From Negativicutes bacterium (lineage in GTDB: Bacteria; Bacillota; Negativicutes; UBA1444): DNA of 64,000 nucleotides. The position numbers and the translations under genes are program-made. The stretch is taken from NCBI GenBank assembly GCA_963665275.2, contig CAXXIN010000005.1, forward strand, positions 1 through 64,000. The letters run 5' to 3'. Below, piece by piece: positions 20,137 through 29,704 of this stretch. Within the stretch, counting starts at the first letter, position 1. Each line of letters starts with the position of its first letter. Under the pieces are notes generated by a model, which did no database searches, had not been told where the DNA came from, and worked only from the letters and a program-made list of their open reading frames with translations.

Positions 20137-21288
20137 ATGAATGGGTTGACTAATCCTATGGAGTATATGAACGGGATGGAAGTCATTGAGTCAGACTTGA
20201 TGGAAAAAGTTCTGGGCCTAGTAGAAAACTATGACTATCGTCAGGCTACAGGCGATGACGTGAAACGGGTACTGCAAAAGGAAAGGTTGTCGCTCGAAGA
20301 TTATGGCGCCCTACTATCGCCTGTGGCGACGGATTATCTGGAGGAAATGGCTGCAAAAGCCATGACAGAAACTCGCAAGCATTTCGGCAATGCAATTCAG
20401 TTGTTTACACCACTCTATATTGCCAATTACTGTGAAAATCATTGCGTCTATTGCGGGTTCAACTGCCATAACCAAATCAACCGGGGGAAACTATCGGCAA
20501 TGGAAATTGAAGAGGAGCTCCAAACGATCGCTGAATCGGGGTTGCAGGAAATTCTGCTGCTCACCGGTGAATCCCGGTATCAGTCTGGAGTTGAATATAT
20601 TGGGGAAGCTGTGAAAATAGCGGCTCGTTATTTTTCGACGGTCGGGATCGAGATTTATCCCTTGAATAGCGATGAATATGCATATTTGCATGATTGTGGA
20701 GCCGATTTTGTCTGTGTATATCAGGAAACATACAACACGGATAAATATGAGCAGGTGCATTTGCAGGGGCCGAAGCGGATTTTCCCCTACCGGTTTCATG
20801 CGCAGGAAAGAGCGCTGCGGGGTGGGATGAGAGGCGTAGCTTTCGGGGCATTGCTGGGGCTGGACGATTTCCGCAAAGACGCTTATGCTGTGGGGGTGCA
20901 TGCCTATTTTCTGCAGCAGAAATACCCTCATGCGGAGATCTCTTTTTCGACGCCGCGCTTGCGGCCTTATATTAATAATGCACAGAACAATTCCAACGAT
21001 GTTCACGAACGGCAACTCTTGCAAGTCATGCTGGCTTATCGACTGTTTATGCCTTTTGCAGGAATTACGATCTCGACACGTGAACGGGCCGGTTTTCGCG
21101 ACGAGGTCATCGGCATGGTGGCGACCAAGATCTCGGCGGGGGTTAGCGTTGGCGTCGGTGGACACAAATCAGAGGAAAAAGGGGACGAACAGTTTGAGAT
21201 TGCGGATCCACGCAGTGTAAAGCAGGTGCATCAAATGATCATTAGCAGAGGGCTGCAGCCCGTTTATTCCGATTATGTGCGAGTGTAG
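20137..21288 (+). CDS. thiH: 2-iminoacetate synthase (radical SAM)
   Basis: PLYIANYCENHCVYCGF, YQETY, ISTRE, EQFEIAD.RS. Confidence 0.95.
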   Translation: MNGLTNPMEYMNGMEVIESDLMEKVLGLVENYDYRQATGDDVKRVLQKERLSLEDYGALLSPVATDYLEEMAAKAMTETRKHFGNAIQLFTPLYIANYCENHCVYCGFNCHNQINRGKLSAMEIEEELQTIAESGLQEILLLTGESRYQSGVEYIGEAVKIAARYFSTVGIEIYPLNSDEYAYLHDCGADFVCVYQETYNTDKYEQVHLQGPKRIFPYRFHAQERALRGGMRGVAFGALLGLDDFRKDAYAVGVHAYFLQQKYPHAEISFSTPRLRPYINNAQNNSNDVHERQLLQVMLAYRLFMPFAGITISTRERAGFRDEVIGMVATKISAGVSVGVGGHKSEEKGDEQFEIADPRSVKQVHQMIISRGLQPVYSDYVRV

Positions 21289-21290
21289 CT

Positions 21291-21890
21291 GTGAAGCTGA
21301 TTTGTGTGACCCAGCGCCAGCTTTGCCCGGGAGATTTCTTACAACGCATTGAAGAGTTGGCTCAGGCGAGACCCTATGCGGTAATGCTGCGGGAAAAAGA
21401 TCTGGATTTGCATGCCTATGAGCAGTTGGCCTGGCAAGTGAAGGAAGTCTGTGAACACTATGGTGTCCTCTTGATTCTCCACCAGAACCCTACAGTCGCC
21501 GAAAAAATGAAGCACACCCATCTGCATCTATCAATGCCGAGTTTGCGAATCTATCGGCCAGAAGCACAGGGCTTGGCGATCGGCGCATCCGTTCACTCGG
21601 TTGCGGAAGCAGTGGAAGCACAAGCATTGGGGGCGGCATATATCATTGCCGGGCACCTTTTTGCCACGGATTGCAAAAAAGGCGCTCCCCCCAAAGGCTT
21701 AGACTTCTTGCAGCAAATCTGCCGGACAGTTGCCCTGCCAGTTTTCGCCATTGGAGGAATCGGCATCCAAAACGTGCAGGAAATAATGGACAGCGGCGCG
21801 AAAGGTTGCTGTATCATGTCGGCAGCCATGACCTGTGATGATCCGGCAGCTTTAGTGCGGGAGTTCGAAGCGGCAAGCAAATTCGCATGA
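21291..21890 (+). CDS. Thiamine phosphate synthase family protein (ThiE/TenI-like)
   Basis: LREKDL, GASVHS, GHLFATDCK, FAIGGI. Confidence 0.8.
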   Translation: MKLICVTQRQLCPGDFLQRIEELAQARPYAVMLREKDLDLHAYEQLAWQVKEVCEHYGVLLILHQNPTVAEKMKHTHLHLSMPSLRIYRPEAQGLAIGASVHSVAEAVEAQALGAAYIIAGHLFATDCKKGAPPKGLDFLQQICRTVALPVFAIGGIGIQNVQEIMDSGAKGCCIMSAAMTCDDPAALVREFEAASKFA

Positions 21891-21945
21891 GAGCGGTTGA
21901 TCGGGATTTCGGCGTATCCTAAGAATAAAGCAAGGGGGAATATGT

Positions 21946-22048
21946 ATGAATGATGATTGTTTCTATTGCACCAAGGATCAAAGGTTGGATGACTTAATAT
22001 GAGGCAATGGTTGACTTGATGAAGGCTAATTTGCGAGACGAAGCATAA
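21946..22048 (+). pseudogene. Internally deleted HIT-family gene relic
   Basis: AGGGGG RBS + MNDDCFYCTKDQRLDDLI*, joined out of frame to YEAMVDLMKANLRDEA*. Confidence 0.55.
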
Positions 22049-22063
22049 TTATGGGAGGACAAG

Positions 22064-22426
22064 ATGAGAGAATTTTTGAACCCCAATGAGCCGGATGAAC
22101 TTTATGTGCTATGGACTAGCAGTGACCGTGAAGTAGCTCTCAAGATGGTGTTCATGTACACCGCCAACTCCAAACTGAAAGGCTGGTGGAAGGACGTCAA
22201 TCTGATTGTTTGGGGACCGTCCGCCAAACTGCTGACCGAGGACCCCGAACTTCAGGAATATATCGCCAGGATGAAACATACAGGCGTGAACGTTGTCGCC
22301 TGCAAGGCCTGTGCCGACTCGTATGGCGTGGCATCAAAGCTGGAAGGCCTGGGCATTGAGGTTAAATATATGGGGCAGCCGTTGACCGTGCTGCTGAAAG
22401 CAGGCAAAACGCTTATCACGTTTTAG
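22064..22426 (+). CDS. DsrE family protein
   Basis: LYVLWTS, FMYTAN, GWW..V.LIVWGPSAK, ACKACAD. Confidence 0.85.
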   Translation: MREFLNPNEPDELYVLWTSSDREVALKMVFMYTANSKLKGWWKDVNLIVWGPSAKLLTEDPELQEYIARMKHTGVNVVACKACADSYGVASKLEGLGIEVKYMGQPLTVLLKAGKTLITF

Positions 22427-22476
22427 GCAGGAGTTTCATTCGTGACAGAGAAAAGACTTAGTGGGAGGTGTTAACT

Positions 22477-22989
22477 ATGAAATACATTCTGGAGATTCTG
22501 GATTTTGCCATGACGATGGAACAGGAAGGGAAGTTCTTCTTCTCGGAATGGTCTGGACGGGTGAAAAACCCCACCACGAAAAAGCTCTTCCAGGAATTGG
22601 CCAAGTGGGAAGAAGAACATTGGCAGTACCTTGCAGGCCAACGCAATGCACTAGAGAAAACAGGGAAAATCATCCCCGGCGAAGCGACGATTGCCGCGGC
22701 AGAGCATAAAGCGTTAGAGACCTTCCACCAACGTGGTGCAGGCGAAACCAGCCCAACGGAAGTTAACCGCTGCATGGGCGATCTTTCGGCATTACGATTG
22801 GCGATAACGATTGAGCACGATCTGCATGAGTTTTACGGCAATGCTGCTGCCAAAGCAATGGACCTTGATTTGAAAGAAATGTTCGAGATGCTGAGCCGCT
22901 GGGAGCAGAATCACCAGGAAATTTTGGAGAATGAATATAACGAACTCAAACAGGAATTTTGGAGCGAAATGGGCTTCCAGCCGTTTTGA
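22477..22989 (+). CDS. Ferritin-like / rubrerythrin family protein
   Basis: AMTMEQEG..F, LAKWEEEH, AITIEHD..FY, WEQNH di-iron motifs. Confidence 0.85.
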   Translation: MKYILEILDFAMTMEQEGKFFFSEWSGRVKNPTTKKLFQELAKWEEEHWQYLAGQRNALEKTGKIIPGEATIAAAEHKALETFHQRGAGETSPTEVNRCMGDLSALRLAITIEHDLHEFYGNAAAKAMDLDLKEMFEMLSRWEQNHQEILENEYNELKQEFWSEMGFQPF

Positions 22990-23011
22990 CGAAACCAAAT
23001 AACTCAAATGC

Positions 23012-23056
23012 AAGTCCGCTTTCAGCCTCTACCGGCGAAATGCGGACTTTGTTTTA
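23012..23056 (+). terminator. Intrinsic terminator
   Basis: aagtccgc...gcggactt followed by tgtttt. Confidence 0.6.
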
Positions 23057-23113
23057 TTGTGTTCTTTGCATCCCGCTGAACTGACACGAGCGGCGTTGAT
23101 GCAAGGATGAGGC

Positions 23114-23138
23114 AGGAATGAGACGCCGCCTGTCGAAA
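23114..23138 (+). promoter_or_regulatory. SigH-like promoter of the sia operon
   Basis: gcAGGA-N17-GAAA. Confidence 0.5.
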
Positions 23139-23188
23139 ACTAAATAGATGAAAAGACCGCACCAATTCTTTTAAGAGGGGATGTTACT

Positions 23189-23734
23189 ATGGAACTCAAT
23201 TTGTTGGAACTGCAAAAAGTATTGCAGAGTTACGGCGTGCTAATTAATTTTTCAGGTCGATTTACTCAAGCTGTTATCGAAGAATTGGGAGATGCGGTCC
23301 AAAAATATCTTGAAACTGAAGCGGCATCGAAAAATAATACGTTTAACGTTTTTTCGGTGTTTATCGAACAGACCCAAAATATAAAAAATTATGAGACTCA
23401 AAAAGCTTCCTCTTTGCTGGGAGAGCGGATTGCAAATTCCGGTATTGTTGCAATTGGAAAATCGGAGGCCGGATATTTTGTTTCATCAGGCAATGTTATC
23501 GATAATATGGACCTCGGTGCACTTGCGATGAGATTGGATGAAATGGCCAATTTAGATAAGGCTGCACTAAAAAAACTCTACAAAGAACAAATGAGAAAGG
23601 TAATTACACCCGGGAGCGCTGGGGCGGGCCTAGGTTTGATCGATATGGCCCGTCGTGCCAGTCGACCCTTGGATTATTCAATCGTGAAGCTGGATGAAAG
23701 CACTTCGTTTTTTACACTGAAGGTCTATGTTTAG
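23189..23734 (+). CDS. siaB: SiaB family protein kinase (GHKL-like)
   Basis: FSGRFTQAVIEELG, FSVFIEQTQNIKNY, LKKLYKEQMR, GAGLGLIDMARRAS. Confidence 0.85.
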   Translation: MELNLLELQKVLQSYGVLINFSGRFTQAVIEELGDAVQKYLETEAASKNNTFNVFSVFIEQTQNIKNYETQKASSLLGERIANSGIVAIGKSEAGYFVSSGNVIDNMDLGALAMRLDEMANLDKAALKKLYKEQMRKVITPGSAGAGLGLIDMARRASRPLDYSIVKLDESTSFFTLKVYV

Positions 23735-23743
23735 GAGGTAAGT

Positions 23744-24139
23744 ATGCGTAACCTATATATTGAACAAACGAAATCAACGCCTCGAATTCAATTTGAGGCG
23801 AATAGTAACAAATTGCGTATAGAGGGCCAGTCGTATCCCGAAAATGCCTTTAAGTTTTATGAGCCGGTGCTGGACTGGATTGATGATCACTTGCACCAAC
23901 CTTCACAGGAGATGGTGCTGGAAATTTTCTTTCATATGCCTTATATCAATACAAGTAGTTCGAAATGTGTGATGATGTTGTTGGAAAAATTGGAAAATGC
24001 GCACTTGGCGGGACAGAGTGTGACAGTCCGTTGGTATTATGACAAAGAGAACGAGGCCGCACTGGAATGTGCCGAGGAATTCAAAGAAGATCTGACCGTT
24101 CCGTTTAAAATCTACCCAGTGGATGAGGATAATGAGTAA
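23744..24139 (+). CDS. siaC: SiaC family regulatory phosphoprotein (DUF1987)
   Basis: TKSTP.I, GQSYPENAFKFY.P, YINTSSSK (phospho-Thr motif), WYYD, AEEFKEDL. Confidence 0.9.
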   Translation: MRNLYIEQTKSTPRIQFEANSNKLRIEGQSYPENAFKFYEPVLDWIDDHLHQPSQEMVLEIFFHMPYINTSSSKCVMMLLEKLENAHLAGQSVTVRWYYDKENEAALECAEEFKEDLTVPFKIYPVDEDNE

Positions 24140-26015
24140 AAGTAATCTCGGCGGCTTAGGAAAACAAGACGTTCGTCCTGATGATAAGGGGATATTATAC
24201 GACAGAGGGACTGTCAGAGTCGTAGCGTTTGCCTGCTTGATCATTGTGTTGGCAGTGATGCTCACGGGCGGCATCAGCTATTTTATCACCCGCAAGGCTG
24301 TCGTGGAGAAGCTGAAATCGCGTGACCTTGTGATTGTTGTAGATTCGATTGCTTCGAAAATTGATGATCGTATTGCGAGAGCAAAAGAAACTGCCTTAAT
24401 TTTGGCGAAGGACCCAACAATCATCCAATGGGTTGTTGGCGCCGAGACAGATGAGCGGTTAGGCGAATATTCCAAAATGAAAATTAACGACATAGCCAAA
24501 GAATACGACTACGCAAATGCCTTCGTTGTCAGTGCCGTTACCAGGCACTATTGGTCGGAAGGATCGAAATTACTCCAGGTTATGTCAGAGACGGACCCGA
24601 ATGCAAGATGGTTTTTCGATGCGCTAAAGTCTGGTAAAGCGATCAGTTTGAACATTGACTACAATAGTGGACGACAAGATACTTTCGTATTCCTGAATTC
24701 GTTGGTCGGTGATGTCGGGAACCCCGTGGCAGTGGCGGGAGTGGGCATGAGCATAAAAGAGCTTGCTCAGGAAATGCAACGGTATAAATTCGGTGATAAA
24801 AGCAATTTGTGGCTTGCCGACGGAACTGGGAAAATCCATCTTTCGGATGATTTCCGACAAAATGGGCAATACCTCAACGATTTTGTTCCGCCAGAGGTGT
24901 CGTTCCAGATTATCGGAGAGGCAAATAAGTATAAGATTTCTCCCCAAGTTCTCGAATATGTTGACAAAAACGGAGAAATCGTTGATTTGGTTTTTCGGGC
25001 AACAAAATCTACCGACTGGAAGCTGGTTTACCAAATTCCGCGTAGCGAAAGCATTGCCATTCTTGGGAATATCAAACTATATACTGTCCTTGCCAGTCTG
25101 ATTTCCATTCTAGTGATGATCTTTATTTTTTATGTTGTCTCGCGACGGATTGCCGATCCGCTTAAGCGCGCCCTGCAACTCACACAAGAGATGGACGAAC
25201 AGGTGCAAGCGCGAACCGTTGAGCTGGCAGAAAAAAACCGAAAAATTATTGACAGCATTGATTATGCAAAGCGACTTCAAGAAGCTGTATTAGCCCCGCA
25301 GGAAGAGCTTCGCAGCGTTCTCGGCGAATTCTTCGTTCTCTGGAAACCGCGAGATATTGTTGGGGGAGATTTTTATTGGGTAAAACGCATAGATAATGCC
25401 ACAAGCCTTTTTGCCTTGGCCGATTGCACAGGCCACGGCGTGCCGGGTGCCTTCATGACGATAGCGGTAAACACGATTCTCAATCATATTGTTGCTGAGG
25501 GGTATACAAAACCTTCGGATATATTGGCGGAACTGAACCGGCGTGTGAAGACAACGTTGCACAGGAATGACCACGACCAAATGACTGACGACGGATTGGA
25601 TATCGGGATCTGTCTTCTCGGCCCCAAACAACGTCTGCTATTTGCCGGCGCGCGAATGCAACTATTTATCCGCAGAGAAAACCAGGTTAAAATTATTGCA
25701 GGAGATAAGAAAAGCATCGGGTATCGTCGTTCAAGGAATGATCTTGCGTTTACGGATCATGAATGGGATATTCAGACGGGCGATAGATTCTATATGACAA
25801 CAGACGGCTATATCGATCAAAATGGCGGGGAAAAGGATTTTTCAATGGGAAAGAGCAGGTTTCTTCAGATTATAGTCGAAAATGATGTGCAGGAGATGTC
25901 CCGGCAAAAACATGGATTCGAGCAGGCCCTGTCTGAATATATGGGGGCCGAACCTCAGCGGGATGATATAACGGTTGTTGGATTTGCATTGCGGGAACTG
26001 GAAGGTGGCAATTAA
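24132..26015 (+). CDS. siaA: SiaA-like membrane PP2C phosphatase with extracytoplasmic Cache domain
   Basis: Two TM helices around a Cache region; DSIDYAKRLQ, WKPRDIVGGDFYW, ADCTGHGVPGAFMT, TDGYIDQNGG, QRDDIT. Confidence 0.85.
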   Translation: MSKSNLGGLGKQDVRPDDKGILYDRGTVRVVAFACLIIVLAVMLTGGISYFITRKAVVEKLKSRDLVIVVDSIASKIDDRIARAKETALILAKDPTIIQWVVGAETDERLGEYSKMKINDIAKEYDYANAFVVSAVTRHYWSEGSKLLQVMSETDPNARWFFDALKSGKAISLNIDYNSGRQDTFVFLNSLVGDVGNPVAVAGVGMSIKELAQEMQRYKFGDKSNLWLADGTGKIHLSDDFRQNGQYLNDFVPPEVSFQIIGEANKYKISPQVLEYVDKNGEIVDLVFRATKSTDWKLVYQIPRSESIAILGNIKLYTVLASLISILVMIFIFYVVSRRIADPLKRALQLTQEMDEQVQARTVELAEKNRKIIDSIDYAKRLQEAVLAPQEELRSVLGEFFVLWKPRDIVGGDFYWVKRIDNATSLFALADCTGHGVPGAFMTIAVNTILNHIVAEGYTKPSDILAELNRRVKTTLHRNDHDQMTDDGLDIGICLLGPKQRLLFAGARMQLFIRRENQVKIIAGDKKSIGYRRSRNDLAFTDHEWDIQTGDRFYMTTDGYIDQNGGEKDFSMGKSRFLQIIVENDVQEMSRQKHGFEQALSEYMGAEPQRDDITVVGFALRELEGGN

Positions 26016-27625
26016 TGAACAGAATTGTTGGGGAGAACTTGTTCGAGATTGAGCAGGAAGTACTGCGTTCAGCAATAAGCGAAGCTGCAAACCGTAGCGA
26101 CGAAGGCGATGAACTTCTTCCACACTATAAATTCCTGATAGGGCATTATGCAAAACTTCTCAAGCTTACCAGAAAAGTCTTTCATATCAGCGATATCCAG
26201 GGACAGAGCTTACAGCGTCATCAGGCGGAACTGCGGAACTTGCTGGACAATGCCAATCAAGGCTTTTTGACGTTCGGGCCGGATTTGATAGTCGACCGAC
26301 AGTACAGCGCTGAGTGTTCCAGGATATTCGGCAGGAAAATCGCCGGCAACAGAATAACGGAATTGCTGGACCAAGGCGATTCGAGCGGCACGCTGCAGAC
26401 CATTCTGCAGAATGCGTTTTCCAGCAGTGAGGAACAGGGGACTTTGGTATTGCAGCAGTTTCCTTCGAAGTTTCATATCGGCGAGAAAGATATTCTGGTG
26501 GAGTGCAAGCTAATACCGCAGCCGGCCGAAGTGACAGACAGTGCATTAGTGATGATGATTCTGACGGATGTAACTGAAAGATTAAGAGCGGAAGATCAAA
26601 TCCAGTTTCTGAGTTATCATGACAAGTTGACGATGTTGCATAATCGTGCCTATGTCGAAAAAGTTCTTCCCGAACTGGAAAAGTCGGAAGTGTTGCCGCT
26701 TAGTATCATAATGGCGGATATGAATGGACTGAAATTGGCCAATGATGTTTTTGGGCACCAGCAAGGGGACTTGTTGTTGGTTGAGCTGGCGCGAGCCCTA
26801 AAAAAATCCTGCAGGCAGACTGATGTCATCGGGAGATGGGGTGGTGACGAATTTGTCATTTTGCTTCCTCGGACTGACAAGGACGCTTGTGATAATATTT
26901 GTAGCCGAATCCGTAAAGTTTGTGACGAGGTTGATGTTGGGGTTATCCCGTTAAGTGTTGCGCTTGGCTCAACTACGAAAGAAGTTGGCGTTCTTCGCCT
27001 GACGGAAATGCTTAGCACGGCGGAAACCAAGATGTATACCGATAAGTTGATCAAGAATAAGGAAGGACGCAAAACAATTATCGCGAGCTTGGAGAAAATG
27101 TTTCTCAGTCGTGAATTGGAAGAGATCGGCCATCGTGACCGGACGGCGGAAATGGCATTGGGGTTTGCCAACTTTATGGGAGTCGATGTGGGTGAGTCCG
27201 AGGGCAGTTTACTGAAGCAACTGGCGCAACTTCATGATATCGGAAAAGTGGCTATCCCGTCGGAAATATTGACCTGCAAGCGGTCGTTGACAGCTGTTGA
27301 TTGGGACATAATAAGAAGTCACAGTGAGATTGGCTATCGCATTGCGCAGTCTATTGGCGAATCTGCAGTGGCTGATATCATTTTGGCGCTTCATGAACGT
27401 TGGGATGGCAACGGGTACCCGCTCGGACTGGCGGGGGCTCAGATTCCTTATTGGGCGAGAGTGTTTGCTGTCATTGATGTTTACGATGTGATTACTCACG
27501 AGCGCCCTTATGCGTCGACAATGGATGAGAAGAAAGCTTTATTGGAAATTGAGACGGCAAGCGGTTCCCAATTTGACCCGAAGCTTGCACAGCTTTTTAT
27601 TGAATATATGGACAAGGGACGTTGA
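26015..27625 (+). CDS. SiaD-like N-terminal helix + PAS + GGDEF + HD-GYP protein
   Basis: YAKLLKLTRKVFHISD helix; RQTD I-site + RWGGDEF; LHDIGK, LHERWDGNGYP, RPY, GSQFDP; TAATG overlap with siaA. Confidence 0.85.
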   Translation: MNRIVGENLFEIEQEVLRSAISEAANRSDEGDELLPHYKFLIGHYAKLLKLTRKVFHISDIQGQSLQRHQAELRNLLDNANQGFLTFGPDLIVDRQYSAECSRIFGRKIAGNRITELLDQGDSSGTLQTILQNAFSSSEEQGTLVLQQFPSKFHIGEKDILVECKLIPQPAEVTDSALVMMILTDVTERLRAEDQIQFLSYHDKLTMLHNRAYVEKVLPELEKSEVLPLSIIMADMNGLKLANDVFGHQQGDLLLVELARALKKSCRQTDVIGRWGGDEFVILLPRTDKDACDNICSRIRKVCDEVDVGVIPLSVALGSTTKEVGVLRLTEMLSTAETKMYTDKLIKNKEGRKTIIASLEKMFLSRELEEIGHRDRTAEMALGFANFMGVDVGESEGSLLKQLAQLHDIGKVAIPSEILTCKRSLTAVDWDIIRSHSEIGYRIAQSIGESAVADIILALHERWDGNGYPLGLAGAQIPYWARVFAVIDVYDVITHERPYASTMDEKKALLEIETASGSQFDPKLAQLFIEYMDKGR

Positions 27626-27662
27626 ATGAGCTCTAATTTATTTTATGCGGAAGGAGAGCGTT

Positions 27663-28112
27663 GTGGATTTGGCAAAGCACAAGCTGCGTTTCTCTGTATT
27701 GCGAGACGAAGCCGGAATATGCAGATTGCCACCTGAAGCAATCATTCCGGAATGGGCGTATAGGGGAGAGTTCTTCTCAATCACCAAAACTACGGAAGAA
27801 CTATCCATCGTATGTCTGTCGAGGGTTATCCCTGAAAGTGTAGACCAGGAGGCAGGCTGGCAAGTGCTTAAGATCGAAGGCATTCTGAGCTTCGGTCTGG
27901 TTGGAGTATTGGCGCAGGTTAGCGCGGTTCTTGCTGAGGCGGAGGTCAGTATCTTTGCGATCTCCACCTATAATACCGATTATGTTTTGGTCAAAAATAG
28001 GGATTTCGACGCGGCAGTAGTTGTTCTTAGAAATGATGGGCATGAAGTAGTTCAGGAAAACTCCAGATGCGTTGAGGACGAACCGGAAAAAATTAGATGT
28101 AAAACTAATTAA
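27663..28112 (+). CDS. ACT-domain protein (CASTOR-like)
   Basis: FSITKTTEELSIVC, GILSFGLVGVLA, SIFAISTYNTDYVLVK. Confidence 0.85.
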   Translation: MDLAKHKLRFSVLRDEAGICRLPPEAIIPEWAYRGEFFSITKTTEELSIVCLSRVIPESVDQEAGWQVLKIEGILSFGLVGVLAQVSAVLAEAEVSIFAISTYNTDYVLVKNRDFDAAVVVLRNDGHEVVQENSRCVEDEPEKIRCKTN

Positions 28113-28115
28113 TGT

Positions 28116-28160
28116 AAAAGTGGCCGTGCCAAAACAAAAGTTTGGGCACGGCCACTTTTT
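28116..28160. terminator. Bidirectional terminator
   Basis: aaaagtggccgtgcc ... ggcacggccactttt between convergent genes. Confidence 0.8.
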
Positions 28161-28195
28161 AAATGCAGGGGCTGAAAAGTTTTTCTGGAAAGGAT

Positions 28196-29500
28196 CTATC
28201 TTTGCCCCGCGGGAACCCTATCCTTTTCCAGCATTATGTCGAGAATCACCTTGTCCGTTGCCAGCATGCCGGGGTTGCTCACCATGCCAAGACTGCGGAT
28301 GGTATCGTCGGCCGAGGGGAAGATGATGCCGTTGCTTGAAGGAACCAACACGTTTTTTAACGCCAGCAGCGCCGTTTCAACCGCCACGCTGGCAGCGGTA
28401 GAAAGTTTCAGCGCACAGCCGACCTTGCCGCCGTCGCAGATCATGCCGGTCAGGTTGGCGATCATGTTTTTTACCGTTCCATCAATCTGAGCACGGGTGC
28501 CGCCCAGCATCCAGACAATGGCCGCGCTGGCGCCGGTGGCTGCCGCTACAGAGCAACCGCAAAGGGCCGACAGGCTGCCGGTATAACTCTTGATATAAAG
28601 GGTGGTCAGCGTGCTGATCGCCAGCGCGCGCTGCAATTTTTCCCGGGGAATGTTCATCCGTTCGGCCACGGCCACAACCGGCAATATTGCAGTCAATCCA
28701 TGGTTGCCGCTACCGGCCACACTCATCACCGGGATATTCTCGCCCGACATCCGGGCGTCTGCCGCGGCTGCTGTCATCACTTTCGCATAGCTGACCAGAT
28801 CGTCGGACAGGACCTTTTCATTGATCAGGTCCTGAAAGTTGGCGCCGACAGCCATGCCGAGGCGATTGTCCAGGCCGGTCTGAGCGGCCGCCGTATTCAT
28901 CCGGATGCCTTCTTCGAAGAAAGCAAAACTGTCATCTGTCATTGCTTCCACAGCCGAGATCAGCTCTGACAAGTTGACATCGGCATTGTTGAAAGGCTTG
29001 ACGACGACTTTCCGAGTCGAAAGATCTTCTTTTTGCGCGATGACGGCGCCATCTTGTTCCAAGGAGATCAGATTGGTATGCCGACCTTCGATCACGGCGC
29101 GTACGCATCCCTTCCGGCCGAACACAGCCGCTGAGATGTAAAGTCCCTGATGGTCATTGAGTGATATTTCGATACGATTATCTGCGATCATGATTCCGGC
29201 TTCCAGGAGTAACTCTGGAGTAATATTGCTTAACACCGAAAGTTCCAGAGCAGGATCGCTTATTAGGGCGCCCAGGGCAGCGGCGATGGCCAGCCCGACT
29301 TTTCCTGTGCCGGGAACGCCAACAGCCATGCCGTTCTTGTAAACATTTGAATCGACACTGACTTCCACGCGAATCGGTGTTTCGCCCAGCGCTTGTCCGG
29401 CGTAGGCGGCGGCCAGCGCAACCGCACCCGGTTCAGTGCACCCCAGTGCCGGTATTACACCTGCTTTAATCAAGGCGATCATTTCATCCTGAAATTTCAT
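28196..29500 (-). CDS. cdsB: L-cysteine desulfidase (CdsB/YhaM family)
   Basis: PALGCTEP, KNGMAVGVPGTG, DARMSG, GSGNHG, SALCGC, GMICDGGK.GCALK. Confidence 0.88.
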   Translation of the reverse strand: MKFQDEMIALIKAGVIPALGCTEPGAVALAAAYAGQALGETPIRVEVSVDSNVYKNGMAVGVPGTGKVGLAIAAALGALISDPALELSVLSNITPELLLEAGIMIADNRIEISLNDHQGLYISAAVFGRKGCVRAVIEGRHTNLISLEQDGAVIAQKEDLSTRKVVVKPFNNADVNLSELISAVEAMTDDSFAFFEEGIRMNTAAAQTGLDNRLGMAVGANFQDLINEKVLSDDLVSYAKVMTAAAADARMSGENIPVMSVAGSGNHGLTAILPVVAVAERMNIPREKLQRALAISTLTTLYIKSYTGSLSALCGCSVAAATGASAAIVWMLGGTRAQIDGTVKNMIANLTGMICDGGKVGCALKLSTAASVAVETALLALKNVLVPSSNGIIFPSADDTIRSLGMVSNPGMLATDKVILDIMLEKDRVPAGQR

Positions 29501-29546
29501 GGGTTAATCCTCCAACCTTCTCAGTACCTTCTGTCAGCTTTGTTAA

Positions 29547-29563
29547 TGCAATTTGCATGCCAA
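29547..29563 (-). promoter_or_regulatory. sigma54 -24/-12 promoter of cdsB
   Basis: Minus strand TTGGCATGCAAATTGCA. Confidence 0.85.
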
Positions 29564-29613
29564 CTGAAAAGGAGGAATTTCTCCCGGAAAGCGGTCACTA
29601 GAGCGGGATGAAT

Positions 29614-29704
29614 TCTCAAAATGAATTAATGAATTGGACACTTATCCGATAAAGGCCGATGAATCAACGGTTCTCATTTTGATTTATAAGTTCTCATTTT
29701 GAGA
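29614..29704. promoter_or_regulatory. Three TCTCA-N3-TGAGA-like upstream activator sites
   Basis: tctcaaaatgaat 29614-29626, tctcattttgatt 29672-29684, tctcattttgaga 29692-29704. Confidence 0.6.

Noticed and set aside
22990-23188. c-di-GMP riboswitch upstream of the sia operon
   Set aside because: No GEMM-type GGCAAA/GAAA/GCAAAG pattern; none seen before the other c-di-GMP genes either.
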